A stretch of DNA of 64,000 bases from IMG/VR virus record IMGVR_UViG_3300025769_000092, one strand, 5' to 3'. Both the position numbers and the translations under genes were made by a program. Under the pieces are notes generated by a model that searched no databases, was not told the origin of the DNA, and saw only the letters and a program-made list of their open reading frames with translations. This DNA is from an uncultured virus (IMG/VR IMGVR_UViG_3300025769_000092) (Duplodnaviria > Heunggongvirae > Uroviricota > Caudoviricetes). Of the stretch, positions 10,307 to 20,373 are shown one piece after another; the first letter of the stretch is position 1, and every line of letters begins with the position of its first letter.

Positions 10307-10507
10307 ATGATAAAATATATGACAAAGAAACAAGTTATAGCTGATTTTAATACTAGCTTCTCTGATTTATTTCATAATATGTCAGAACATGAATTAGAAC
10401 ATTTCTGGGATATGAACTTAGATTTATTACTTAAAAATAAAAAAATAAGTAAAAAACAAAGAAGTATGTGGAATTTTAATAAAAAAGATTTGGAATTGTT
10501 AAATTAA
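10307..10507 (+). CDS. hypothetical protein
   Basis: ORF track. Confidence 0.6.
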   Translation: MIKYMTKKQVIADFNTSFSDLFHNMSEHELEHFWDMNLDLLLKNKKISKKQRSMWNFNKKDLELLN

Positions 10508-10546
10508 TTTCGTAATATTGTATCATAACATTAAAACATTATAATT

Positions 10547-10852
10547 ATGAGAGAATTAACAGAAGAACAATTTGATGAGCAATATGAGTTAGTAACAAAC
10601 CATATTGATGATAACGCATCATTCGATGGAAATATGTTCGAAACATTTGATGAAGAACTAACATTCGTTAGACAAATGGCTGAACAAAATAGAGTAATCA
10701 CAATCATTGAAGGTGATGAAGATTTTGAAAATGAATTTGGTGAACCAACACTAAATATGTTCTATGTGTCTGGAATGCACTTGGTAAATCGTATAGGATA
10801 TTTAGTTACCAAAGAACCAATCACAGAAGAATTTGAAGTTAAATTAGAATAA
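10547..10852 (+). CDS. conserved phage hypothetical protein
   Basis: SGMHLVNRIGYLVTK motif typical of a phage orphan family. Confidence 0.75.
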   Translation: MRELTEEQFDEQYELVTNHIDDNASFDGNMFETFDEELTFVRQMAEQNRVITIIEGDEDFENEFGEPTLNMFYVSGMHLVNRIGYLVTKEPITEEFEVKLE

Positions 10853-10960
10853 TATTTGGATAAGTGGAAACTTATCACTATATTTACAACAACATTAAAA
10901 ATAAACCAATATAATCATGCGATTAACAAATATAATTATTAATAATAAAATCGCAAAAAA

Positions 10961-11179
10961 ATGACAAAATCAAGATTTAATAACAAAACACTTGAGAGAA
11001 GTTTAGAAGAAGTTTTAAAAGACAACACATCAGCTAGAAAAGGAAGTGTTAGTGGATTCTCAATAGAAGTAATGGAGGGTAACGCATTTTCTTCTTATGT
11101 ATATTATGATGATGAAAAATCATGTGACGAGGATTTAAAAACATTAACCGAATTGCTGGAAGAAAATTTGGATAATTAA
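10961..11179 (+). CDS. hypothetical protein
   Basis: ORF track. Confidence 0.65.
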   Translation: MTKSRFNNKTLERSLEEVLKDNTSARKGSVSGFSIEVMEGNAFSSYVYYDDEKSCDEDLKTLTELLEENLDN

Positions 11180-11235
11180 AAAATTATCCTTACATTTACA
11201 CCAACATTAATTATTAACATTTAAAATTTAGAATC

Positions 11236-11703
11236 ATGGGATTAGATATGTACCTATCAAAAAAGACTTACGTTAAGAACTGGGAATTTCATAAACCAGA
11301 AGAAAAACACTCTATAAGTGTTAAAAAGAATGGTAAAGCACGTAAGGACATTAAACCAAAAAGAATATCTTATATAGTAGAAGAAGTGATGTATTGGAGA
11401 AAAGCAAACGCAATACATTCTTGGTTTGTTAATGAATGTCAAAATGGTGTTGATGAATGTCAAGAATCATATGTAAGTGGGGAACAACTTGAAGAACTTG
11501 CAAGTTTATGTGAGCAAGTTGTTGAAACTAAAAACACATCATTACTTGAAACACAAGGTGGTTTCTTCTTCGGTAGTACAGATTATGATGAATACTACTT
11601 TGAAGAATGTAAAGATACTGCAAAGCAATTAAGAAAGTTACTTGCAGAAGAACCAGAAGAAGGTTGTTATAAAGGAGATTTCTATTACCAATCTTCATGG
11701 TAG
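11236..11703 (+). CDS. conserved phage hypothetical protein (MGLDMY...YWRKAN family)
   Basis: MGLDMYL, YWRKANAIHSWF, GFFFGSTDYDEYY, YQSSW. Confidence 0.8.
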   Translation: MGLDMYLSKKTYVKNWEFHKPEEKHSISVKKNGKARKDIKPKRISYIVEEVMYWRKANAIHSWFVNECQNGVDECQESYVSGEQLEELASLCEQVVETKNTSLLETQGGFFFGSTDYDEYYFEECKDTAKQLRKLLAEEPEEGCYKGDFYYQSSW

Positions 11704-11745
11704 AATATATAAGATAATATATTATTAACATTTAAAATATACAAC

Positions 11746-12030
11746 ATGGATTCAAAAACGCAGAGCATGGGTGAAAGATTATTAAATGGAATAATCAACT
11801 ATTATGAGGATGAAGAATTCCTAAGAGCAGATGGATTCGATGATGCAGTAATCGGTGTGGATGAATCATCAATGAGATTAATCTACTCAACAACAAAGTG
11901 TGTGGAAACGCTTATGCTTCAAAGTGAAATGCTTTTAGATGAAGCATTAGAATACTTCGACTTTAATGTTAGAGGTGCTTATATGGGTGAAAAGACACCA
12001 ATATGGTGCGAAGATATGCTTTATGAATAA
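11746..12030 (+). CDS. conserved phage hypothetical protein
   Basis: ADGFDDAVIG...EYFDFNVRGAYMGEKTP motif. Confidence 0.8.
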   Translation: MDSKTQSMGERLLNGIINYYEDEEFLRADGFDDAVIGVDESSMRLIYSTTKCVETLMLQSEMLLDEALEYFDFNVRGAYMGEKTPIWCEDMLYE

Positions 12031-12152
12031 TAATATATAAGATAATATAAGTTTTTTTAAAAATAATTGGGAAATCATTTGGTGGTTTCCCATTTTTTTT
12101 GTAGTTTTACATCATAACATTAATTATTAACAATATTAAAACAGAATAAGAC

Positions 12153-12659
12153 ATGGGTTGGTGGAGTACAAATATTTTAGGTGGCGATAGTCCACTAGAT
12201 TGGAAAGCAAGTTTATACAATAAACTAGATATACCTTACTTTAGTGAAGAACAGGGTATTAAAACACATGATGGTTATGGTTTAATCACACCAGATGATA
12301 TGAACCGAACCACACAGAATAATCTAATACAATATGTCTTAGAATCAACTCAAGAGTCATTTGACAAGTGGGGTGAATGTGATAGTAGAAGTATTGGTAT
12401 GCAAGTCCTTGCACTTATGATATTAAAGTCTGGTGCTAAGATGACCAATAAGAACAAGAAAGAACTATCCAAGTGGATTAAGCTAGATGAATGGGCAACA
12501 GAAGACCATGAACGTAAAAACCACATTGATGAGTTATTATACGCTATCGAGAAGTATGATAACACACCAATGAAGTATCAAGGTAAAGGATTATTCCAAA
12601 AATTAGCAGAAACAATCTCTGGAACTGAAATAGAACCAAGTGGATTTAAAAATATATAA
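12153..12659 (+). CDS. hypothetical protein
   Basis: ORF with own promoter; MGWW start. Confidence 0.75.
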   Translation: MGWWSTNILGGDSPLDWKASLYNKLDIPYFSEEQGIKTHDGYGLITPDDMNRTTQNNLIQYVLESTQESFDKWGECDSRSIGMQVLALMILKSGAKMTNKNKKELSKWIKLDEWATEDHERKNHIDELLYAIEKYDNTPMKYQGKGLFQKLAETISGTEIEPSGFKNI

Positions 12660-12665
12660 GATAGT

Positions 12666-13151
12666 ATGAATATTTTTGTATTAGACCAAGACCCAAGAGT
12701 ATGTGCAGTTTATCATAATGATAAGCACGTTGTTAAGATGATTCTTGAATCGGCACAATTACTTTGTGGAGTACACCATATGACAGAATCAAACCTAGAT
12801 GTTCCATACGGATTATCACATAAGAATCACCCATGCTCAATATGGGCAAGGAAGTGCATAGAGAATTATATATGGCTTTGTGACTTAGGATTGGAACTAT
12901 CTAAGGAATATACTCACAGATATGGTAAAAGACATAAATCACAGGACATAATAGAATGGTGTATGACCAATCTACCTAACCTACCAGAATTTGGTGACAT
13001 CACAGAACACCCAAAAGCTATGCCCGAAGAATGTAAAACTGATGATGTGGTAGAATCATATAGAAGATACTATATTATGGAAAAGAAAAGTTTTTGTAAT
13101 TGGAAAAATAGAGAAATACCAAATTGGTTCAAAAAAGATTTGGATAATTAA
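12666..13151 (+). CDS. pyrimidine dimer DNA glycosylase / endonuclease V-like protein
   Basis: MNIFVLD, DKHVVKMILESAQLL, HKNHPCSIW, EYTHRYGKRHKS motifs. Confidence 0.75.
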   Translation: MNIFVLDQDPRVCAVYHNDKHVVKMILESAQLLCGVHHMTESNLDVPYGLSHKNHPCSIWARKCIENYIWLCDLGLELSKEYTHRYGKRHKSQDIIEWCMTNLPNLPEFGDITEHPKAMPEECKTDDVVESYRRYYIMEKKSFCNWKNREIPNWFKKDLDN

Positions 13152-13197
13152 AATACTTTTCGTACATTTACATCATAACATTAAAACAATAAGAATT

Positions 13198-13488
13198 ATG
13201 TCAGATTTAAAAACAGAAACGTATCAAGTAGAAGTTAGAATAAGAGATTCATGGGGTGACATATTCACCGATTCAGATGGTAATAATGTACCACATATAA
13301 GATTAGAAAGAACTATAAATCCACTATTCTTAGATACAATGCTTAAAAGAATACATAAGGACTTTCAAGCTATTACACCAGAAGGTTCTGATATTGATAT
13401 AGAAGTTTACCTACCTAACTCCATTAGTGGTACATGGATGAACATGGCTTCATACTATGGTAGCGAAGAAAGATTTGTAACACACTAA
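13198..13488 (+). CDS. hypothetical protein
   Basis: ORF with own promoter. Confidence 0.7.
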   Translation: MSDLKTETYQVEVRIRDSWGDIFTDSDGNNVPHIRLERTINPLFLDTMLKRIHKDFQAITPEGSDIDIEVYLPNSISGTWMNMASYYGSEERFVTH

Positions 13489-13506
13489 TATAATAAAATA
13501 CAATAT

Positions 13507-13938
13507 ATGAAAAAAAGAGAACTAACAGAAAAAGAAATCCAAAAGTGTTCTGAACTATTAGCTAAGGACTATCACCACATGGATGAAGAAAAATATGAAG
13601 CAATGAAATCACTTGAAATGTTCGATATGAATATGTTTTCAAAAGAATCTAAAGTAGGTACTGATGACTTCTTAGATACTATGCTTGATGAAATGGATGA
13701 TTTAAGGAACAACACAAACATGGCTATCGAAACACCATTTGGTACGCTAGTTATAATCGTACACCTAAACAAAACAACTATCAAAAGTTATAAGGATGAA
13801 GAATCCTATGACTTAGGTATTATTAACGAAAAAGATGTCCTAAACAAAGCAATATCACAAATATTCATTGATAAGGATGGTGATGCAAAATTTTGTCATG
13901 ATTTGAATATTCTGGGAACTTTTGTTGAAGAAGATTAA
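13507..13938 (+). CDS. hypothetical protein
   Basis: ORF track. Confidence 0.7.
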   Translation: MKKRELTEKEIQKCSELLAKDYHHMDEEKYEAMKSLEMFDMNMFSKESKVGTDDFLDTMLDEMDDLRNNTNMAIETPFGTLVIIVHLNKTTIKSYKDEESYDLGIINEKDVLNKAISQIFIDKDGDAKFCHDLNILGTFVEED

Positions 13939-14014
13939 AATAAATTTGGATAAGTAAAATATTATTCATACATTTACATCATAACATTATTAACAACATT
14001 AAAACAATTTAATT

Positions 14015-14380
14015 ATGGGATGCTTTAGTTTTATATGCAAGGAATCAGATAAACCAGTAGCTTCATCATCATTCGATGGTGACTCAGTTAGAATGTACCT
14101 TTTAAAGAAAGGAAAGGTAATCGAAGAAATGAGAGGACAATACGACTCATACGGAAGATGCTTCGATAAAAATATGAAATCAATGAAATGGAGTATGGAT
14201 TGGTCAGAAGTATGCGACCTTATGTTCTCTGATAAGGATGGTGATGGTATTGCAGTTGTCCTAGAAGAATACTTTGATGGAACTATACCAACTACTCAAA
14301 GCCAAGATGACCCAGAACAAGGTTGGGGTGAATCTCAATCAACCAACCCATACGTAGAACCGAAACATATTATTCACTAA
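14015..14380 (+). CDS. conserved phage hypothetical protein
   Basis: MGCFSF...YDSYGR...DDPEQGWG motif. Confidence 0.75.
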   Translation: MGCFSFICKESDKPVASSSFDGDSVRMYLLKKGKVIEEMRGQYDSYGRCFDKNMKSMKWSMDWSEVCDLMFSDKDGDGIAVVLEEYFDGTIPTTQSQDDPEQGWGESQSTNPYVEPKHIIH

Positions 14381-14446
14381 TATATTTGGATATATCAATT
14401 TTATTTCTTACATTTACATTATCAATAATTAAAACAATTAAAAATT

Positions 14447-14830
14447 ATGGGAACATACATAAACATTACTGATAGAAGACTTACTAAAAAGAATGTAGAA
14501 CTAAATGGTGAAAAAGTTAAAGTTGATTTCGCACCATTCAGCCATAAACCATCCATCAACTATGACAATCCACCAGAGATTGAAAAAAAGATGGAACGTG
14601 CTTGGAATATGCCCAAAGATAAACAAGCAGACTATATAGTATTTGCTAAACCAAGTGATGAATACCTAGATAGCTACCATGTATATAAAAGTAACAAGAA
14701 AGCCATCTGGTCTGATGGTTCTGGTTTCTGGTCTGGTCTGCATTGGGAAAATGACCTTGTAGGTACACTAAAAAATAATGGTAGAAAATGGTTCATAGAA
14801 CCAAAAGAATTACCAATCGAACTAAGATAA
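14447..14830 (+). CDS. hypothetical protein
   Basis: ORF with own promoter. Confidence 0.7.
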   Translation: MGTYINITDRRLTKKNVELNGEKVKVDFAPFSHKPSINYDNPPEIEKKMERAWNMPKDKQADYIVFAKPSDEYLDSYHVYKSNKKAIWSDGSGFWSGLHWENDLVGTLKNNGRKWFIEPKELPIELR

Positions 14831-14838
14831 GCATTACA

Positions 14839-15048
14839 ATGAGAGATGATTTAGATTATGATGGAATGGGAAATCAAGGGAGAGTACCACAAATAAAAAC
14901 AAAAATGAATAATAATAAAGAAGCAATTATATTATCCAAAATTATTGTAGGTATCGCAATACTAATCGCAGTAGCTACATACCCACCAATTATATTTGTA
15001 GGTATCCTAGCATTTGCTATCTATACCCTACACAAAGCATATAAATAA
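14839..15048 (+). CDS. small membrane protein
   Basis: C-terminal hydrophobic hairpin; start uncertain (14839 or 14905). Confidence 0.55.
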   Translation: MRDDLDYDGMGNQGRVPQIKTKMNNNKEAIILSKIIVGIAILIAVATYPPIIFVGILAFAIYTLHKAYK

Positions 15049-15055
15049 AAGATGT

Positions 15056-15241
15056 ATGAAAGAGTCTGATGAGTATTGTCATTATAGTGGTCTACCATCA
15101 CCAATGGCTTACGCTAATGATTACGATGAAACGGTAAAGAAAAAGAAAAAAATGTCACTTAAAAAAATTATTCAAAAAATATCCCTATGGTTTAGTCTTA
15201 TTAAGAAAAAACCAAAACGTAAATCAGTATGGGATTTATAA
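15056..15241 (+). CDS. hypothetical protein
   Basis: CHYSGLPSP motif; start moved to ATG. Confidence 0.55.
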   Translation: MKESDEYCHYSGLPSPMAYANDYDETVKKKKKMSLKKIIQKISLWFSLIKKKPKRKSVWDL

Positions 15242-15252
15242 ACCAAATTGTT

Positions 15253-15426
15253 ATGGAAGAATTAAATATACTAGAAGATAAGATTAGAAACTCTGGACAA
15301 AGAGTGTTCACAAGACAAGAGATATTTAGACTTATTGAAAACATAAGACCTCTTGAACTTAACCCAAAAGAAAACATTACATTCATTGACCCACCTAAAC
15401 CCTATACAATAAATTTGGATAAGTAA
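15253..15426 (+). CDS. hypothetical protein
   Basis: ORF track, start adjusted. Confidence 0.55.
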   Translation: MEELNILEDKIRNSGQRVFTRQEIFRLIENIRPLELNPKENITFIDPPKPYTINLDK

Positions 15427-15449
15427 AATATTATTCTTATATTTACATC

Positions 15450-15827
15450 ATGGAACTTAAAGAACAATTAACTCAAGAAGAATTAATGGAAAGACTATCA
15501 ACTTTCCCAGATACTATCAAGGATGGTATTGACCTAGCTAATGTCCTTAATATGTTTAATATTGTAAAGGATATTGATAAGACAAACATATATAAAAGAA
15601 ATATAGAAGTATATGAACTTGAATCAATCAATGGGGTCTTCCCTTACTTTGATGAAAACTTTGTAATTATGTATCTACCAAAAATTGATGATGATGGTGA
15701 TAACACTATGACAATAGAATTCGTAGACTATGGCGAACCAATTGATATTAAAGAAAGAAAAGAAGTTATACAATACCTTGAAGATACTCTTACCTTTAAT
15801 AATATCATACCCCTATTCTTAATGTAA
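15450..15827 (+). CDS. hypothetical protein
   Basis: ORF with own promoter. Confidence 0.7.
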   Translation: MELKEQLTQEELMERLSTFPDTIKDGIDLANVLNMFNIVKDIDKTNIYKRNIEVYELESINGVFPYFDENFVIMYLPKIDDDGDNTMTIEFVDYGEPIDIKERKEVIQYLEDTLTFNNIIPLFLM

Positions 15828-15893
15828 TACCCATTCTAGCACCAGAACCAATTTAACCCACTTTCTGGGGGCGAAAATATAAATAATAACACT

Positions 15894-16160
15894 ATGGAAA
15901 ATAATAATATAAACATAGAACTAATATCTCTAAACGAATTAATTAGACTAAGAAAAATTATTAATGATAGAATTAATATACTAACTAATAACATATACCT
16001 AAGAGATACAAACCTAACCAATAAAACACTTAACTCATTAATGAAAAACAATATAGTAACACTAACTCAATTAAAGAATACTAACATTAATACTATACCA
16101 AGAATAGGTATCAAGGGTAGAACTGAAATTGAAGAAATACTAGAAACATATAATAAATAA
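15894..16160 (+). CDS. RNA polymerase alpha-CTD-like (helix-hairpin-helix) small protein
   Basis: LTNKTLNSLMKNNIVTLTQL...IPRIGIKGRTEIEEIL resembles alpha-CTD LSVRSxNCL...NLGxKSLxEI. Confidence 0.5.
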   Translation: MENNNINIELISLNELIRLRKIINDRINILTNNIYLRDTNLTNKTLNSLMKNNIVTLTQLKNTNINTIPRIGIKGRTEIEEILETYNK

Positions 16161-16173
16161 AATACTATACACT

Positions 16174-16503
16174 ATGGAAAATAATTACACTTACAAAGAT
16201 ATAAACAATAGACAAGTATATCCAAAGTTTAAACTAAACGGATTCCAAAATGATATACTAACTTGTACACTATACGTAAAGAGAAATATACCAACATGGA
16301 TTCCATTTAAGAAATCAAAAATACACTATAAAGAAATAGCATTTAGTGTAGCAACTGATAACCTAGAAATAATAGTTAATTACACATCAGAAGACTATCA
16401 TAATCTGGTACTAAAAACACTACAAGATTATAACAATAAAAATGGTATAAAAGAACATATAAATAATCAAATAAATTCACTAAATAATTTGGTCGTTTCA
16501 TAA
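16174..16503 (+). CDS. hypothetical protein
   Basis: ORF track. Confidence 0.6.
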   Translation: MENNYTYKDINNRQVYPKFKLNGFQNDILTCTLYVKRNIPTWIPFKKSKIHYKEIAFSVATDNLEIIVNYTSEDYHNLVLKTLQDYNNKNGIKEHINNQINSLNNLVVS

Positions 16504-16523
16504 ACTTTTATTACCTTTATATC

Positions 16524-16796
16524 ATGAAAGAATTTAATCACATTTTACATAGAAGAACTTACACTAACAATAACAAAAAAACCATGACACTAATAATGGA
16601 TGGTGAACATAATTTATGGTTTCATCATAGTGGTATTAATAATGACTTTGATAATGTAACTGAACAACTTTTAGATGAACAAAATACTACATGTGAAATA
16701 CCATACAAGTTGTCAGCAGTAGAGAAATCTTTACTTAAGATTTTTACTAAAGACTCTATCGAAATCATTAGTAATTCACATGTACAAAATAACTAA
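16524..16796 (+). CDS. hypothetical protein
   Basis: ORF track. Confidence 0.6.
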   Translation: MKEFNHILHRRTYTNNNKKTMTLIMDGEHNLWFHHSGINNDFDNVTEQLLDEQNTTCEIPYKLSAVEKSLLKIFTKDSIEIISNSHVQNN

Positions 16797-16799
16797 TAA

Positions 16800-17560
16800 C
16801 CCTATATACACAATTGTGTATATGAACCACCTTAGAGTACACCTAAGAGCATATCTCCTATCATATGTATACGTATAGTTAATGTGTCCTTTTTGTACCT
16901 ATACGCACACGTTATGGCTTTTTTAAGGTTTGTGGGTAATCGTGGTAAATGGTGGGATAGAGTGGGATTTTGTGTAAAACGCTGAATGGGAATATATACT
17001 ATACCCTAAAAAGGTTTAACTCTTTAACAGAAAGAGTACAAAATTTTTTCATTTTTTTCTGAGCAATCCTTTCCCAGTCCATAAAAAAGCCTTTTTTTTA
17101 CAGTTGCACATATAAGACTACATGTACTTTTTGTTCCCATCAGAACAAACAAAAAAATATATTACCTTCCCACTTTTTACCATCCAGATTAATTCTGGTT
17201 TTGGGCATATCTAATATGCACACAATTGTGTACATGCGTGTGCGTATATCCACATGCTCGTGACCCACGTAAAGATATATAAGATAATATATAATGTTAT
17301 GGGTATAAACCACGAAGCCCCAGAACAAATGAATGCTTTGGGTAAGGTAAATCTAGTCCATTATTTATGGGTAGATAATTGCAATATACAAAATGTATTT
17401 TAGATATCCAAATTTAAATGTTATTTATAATAAATCTAGATAAGAAAAGACCCTAGAAAATATAGGGTAATACGATTCCGTTGGGTACTCTAAGAATACC
17501 AATACAAATGTAAGAAAAGATATCCAGAATTCCAAATATAGTTATTAACAATTTGATGTT
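16800..17560. other. candidate replication origin
   Basis: long non-coding gap, nested inverted repeats centred near 17065, C-rich to G-rich skew flip across it. Confidence 0.5.
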
Positions 17561-17590
17561 GAAAAGGTGTGGATTTTAGGTGGGAAAATT

Positions 17591-17686
17591 AGGGGTGTTG
17601 TGGAGTCTACTCTTTCGGTTTTATTTCAGAACCAGACCCGTATTATCTACAATGCTAATATCGGAATAATAAATGAGAATACCAAA
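17591..17686 (-). ncRNA. small structured RNA repeat copy 1 (with promoter)
   Basis: ACGGG-hairpin-AAGAGTAGACTCC behind TTTGG...CCGATATTAGC promoter. Confidence 0.6.
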
Positions 17687-17904
17687 TATATAAGACTATA
17701 TTTTAAAAAAAGATTTTATAGTATATTATATAAAAAAAGTTTTATAGCTACATGTATTGATTTTACTGATGGTTCATGAGGTGAGATAAAAAAAAATGAA
17801 AAATATATACTATTATATTAGGATATATCATTTATTATATGTTACTTTGTACTGTTCGATTGAAAGAACACATTTTTATTGTTAAACCCATTTAAATAAT
17901 TATT

Positions 17905-18831
17905 ATGGAAAATTTAGATTTAAAAGTAAATGAGATTTTAGAAGGTAACGGATTAGACTTCGAAATTAAGAAAGTTCCTTTAGTAGGGAAGCAGTTAGTA
18001 ACTAGTGTTGGTGTTGATGGTGACATTGTCGATGACGTTAACTTAATTCACAGTCCTTATTATGGATTATTGAATACTAAGAGCGGTAACTTCATTAACA
18101 CTGTTAAGGAGGGTTATACTGTATCTCAGAATTCAGAGATTGTTGAGTTAGTACTTAGAGGGATGCAAGGCTTTGGTGAATTGAGTGTACAAAAAGCGGG
18201 TTCTATTAATGATGGTAGAAAGGTATACATCCAATTGGCTATTGAAGGGATGAGTAAGGTTGGTAACGACTCTATTAAGAGGTATGTTACTATCATTGAT
18301 TCTAACGATGGTTCTACGGGATTAGGTGTTGGTATTGGTGACTTGACTATGTCATGTCAGAATCAGTTTTTCAGTTTCTATAGAAGCGGTCAAGCTAAGA
18401 TGCGACATACGGCTAGTTTAGAAACTAGACTTAAGGAAATTCCTAGTCTTATCAGTTTAGCTTTAGATAATTCGCTTAAGCAGATTGACATGTACAACGA
18501 CTTTGTTAAAGTTGGTGTATCAGATAAGAATGTTCATGATATGGTGAAGTTGCAACTTGGGATTTCTAAGTTGTCTTCAGTGAGTGATATCTCAGATGCG
18601 TCCGCTAAGATTAACAATTCAATGGAAACATTGTATGAGATGATTCGTGTGGAGGTTGCGCAGAAGGGTAAGAATGTTTGGGGATTGCACAGTGGTGTAA
18701 CTAGATGGACTACTCATGAGAAGTCAGCACCACGTAGAGAGAATGGTAGAATTGAGAGTGCAATGCTTTCGACTAACTATAAGACCAATCAGAAGTCACT
18801 TGACTTTGCTAGAGAATTGGCTTTAGTATAA
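17905..18831 (+). CDS. DUF932/DUF945 phage-plasmid protein (TIGR03299-like)
   Basis: YTVSQN, AGSINDGRKV, DSNDGS, CQNQF, RHT, WGLHSGVTRWTTH. Confidence 0.8.
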   Translation: MENLDLKVNEILEGNGLDFEIKKVPLVGKQLVTSVGVDGDIVDDVNLIHSPYYGLLNTKSGNFINTVKEGYTVSQNSEIVELVLRGMQGFGELSVQKAGSINDGRKVYIQLAIEGMSKVGNDSIKRYVTIIDSNDGSTGLGVGIGDLTMSCQNQFFSFYRSGQAKMRHTASLETRLKEIPSLISLALDNSLKQIDMYNDFVKVGVSDKNVHDMVKLQLGISKLSSVSDISDASAKINNSMETLYEMIRVEVAQKGKNVWGLHSGVTRWTTHEKSAPRRENGRIESAMLSTNYKTNQKSLDFARELALV

Positions 18832-18956
18832 TTCTTGAGATATGCAAGGGATGTGGGTATTAGTTATCCACATCCTTTTGTTAATAACTAAATTTGCAAT
18901 TGTCGATTTTATTTCGTACCTTTGCAAATTTTTTATTTATAGGTATTAAAAAAAAT

Positions 18957-19056
18957 AGGGGTGTTGTGGAGTCTACTCTTTCACTCTTTAAGGAGCGACC
19001 CGTTTCTCTTTCGAACCAACAATACAAATATCGGAATAATAAATGAGACTACCAAA
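18957..19056 (-). ncRNA. small structured RNA repeat copy 2 (with promoter)
   Basis: ACGGG-TCGCTC/GAGTGA hairpin-AAGAGTAGACTCC. Confidence 0.65.
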
Positions 19057-19158
19057 CTTTTAGGCAATAAAAAAAAATAAAAAATATATGCTATAATATT
19101 TGCATAAGTGAAAAGTAATTCCGATATTGCACTATCGTTAAATTAAAAACCTATTATT

Positions 19159-19773
19159 ATGGCAAAGACAAAAGAACAGATTGAAGAGCAAAAAAGAAGT
19201 GATATTGAGTTTATCGTTTCGGCAGTAACAAGTGAATTAGAAAATACGGCATACCTAGAGTACTTTGATACATGGGAGAACAATGGAGGTATGGGTTGGT
19301 TCTATACTGAGTGTGTAGAAATTACTCATGAGGTTATGTTTAGAGAGGGTTCGGCTTATTTAAAGTGGCTTGACCATTGGATAAATACTGAGGATAAAAA
19401 TTGTGAGGGATTCTCTGAATTTACGGGTGAGACTTGTTTTGATTGGTATCACATGAATGAAGCTAGAAAAGTGTTTGAATCTAGATATGAAAAGGATGAG
19501 AATATTGATGACCAAATATCAGAACGTATTGGTGGGCTTCTTAGTTTATTCAAAACTCAAGAGCATAGAGATAAGATATTATTAGATGCTGTTAATCATG
19601 CTAAAAAGATAAGAGAGAGAGAAGCTAAGAATAAATGGTTAAATCAAGTAAAACCAATAATAGAGCAATTAAAGGAAATAGATGTGGACGGTGAGCAGAT
19701 GCAATACATATTAGAATCGGTTGGTATGGATGAGCAGATGCATAATCAGTTAAGTATTTACTTTTCCAAATAA
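19159..19773 (+). CDS. hypothetical protein
   Basis: ORF with own promoter. Confidence 0.75.
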   Translation: MAKTKEQIEEQKRSDIEFIVSAVTSELENTAYLEYFDTWENNGGMGWFYTECVEITHEVMFREGSAYLKWLDHWINTEDKNCEGFSEFTGETCFDWYHMNEARKVFESRYEKDENIDDQISERIGGLLSLFKTQEHRDKILLDAVNHAKKIREREAKNKWLNQVKPIIEQLKEIDVDGEQMQYILESVGMDEQMHNQLSIYFSK

Positions 19774-19858
19774 ATTTTAAAGATATCCTATATTATATTT
19801 GGTAGTATGGGATATCTTTTGTATATTGCACTATCGTTAAACATTAAAACCTATAATT

Positions 19859-20293
19859 ATGAGAAATTCAAAAGATGAGATTAATGCAATCCTAGAGAAC
19901 TTTATTATTTATGCTTGTGGCAGTAATGAAAAGGAAAGAGATATCCTAGAAGCTACATTAAGTGACTACCAAGAGGTAATGTTGAATGAGGGTTGTGGGT
20001 TGGAAGATTGTCCATTCCTTAATGAGGAAGATGAAGAACCAATAGATGAGGTTAGTTGTAAAGTTATAGTTGGTGATATTACATTCCTAGACCCACAAAT
20101 AGATGGTGAACATAAAGCCATTATTAATCAAGTTGGTGGTATATACTATATTGTTGGTGAGGATAAAGCCAATCAAGTTGGTGAGGAAATGTTAAAGTAT
20201 TTTGATTCTTACATGGTGTTACCTAGTTACAAGGGTGAGGTAGTAATTGATGATAAACTAAAGCACCTAAATATATCTAATGAAATATTTTAA
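19859..20293 (+). CDS. hypothetical protein
   Basis: ORF with own promoter. Confidence 0.75.
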   Translation: MRNSKDEINAILENFIIYACGSNEKERDILEATLSDYQEVMLNEGCGLEDCPFLNEEDEEPIDEVSCKVIVGDITFLDPQIDGEHKAIINQVGGIYYIVGEDKANQVGEEMLKYFDSYMVLPSYKGEVVIDDKLKHLNISNEIF

Positions 20294-20373
20294 AAAATAT
20301 ATACTATTATATTTGGTAGTTTAAAAAACTATTTGTATATTTACATATCGTTAAACATTAAAACATATACATT

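Noticed and set aside
17602..17614. Cas12a-type repeat (TCTACTCTT) in the six-copy element
   Set aside because: Lacks the AATT 5' part and the closing GTAGAT; the promoter orientation transcribes the other strand
17140..17779. ORFs 17140-17328 and 17567-17779
   Set aside because: They overlap repeat and promoter elements, have atypical composition and lack the standard leader
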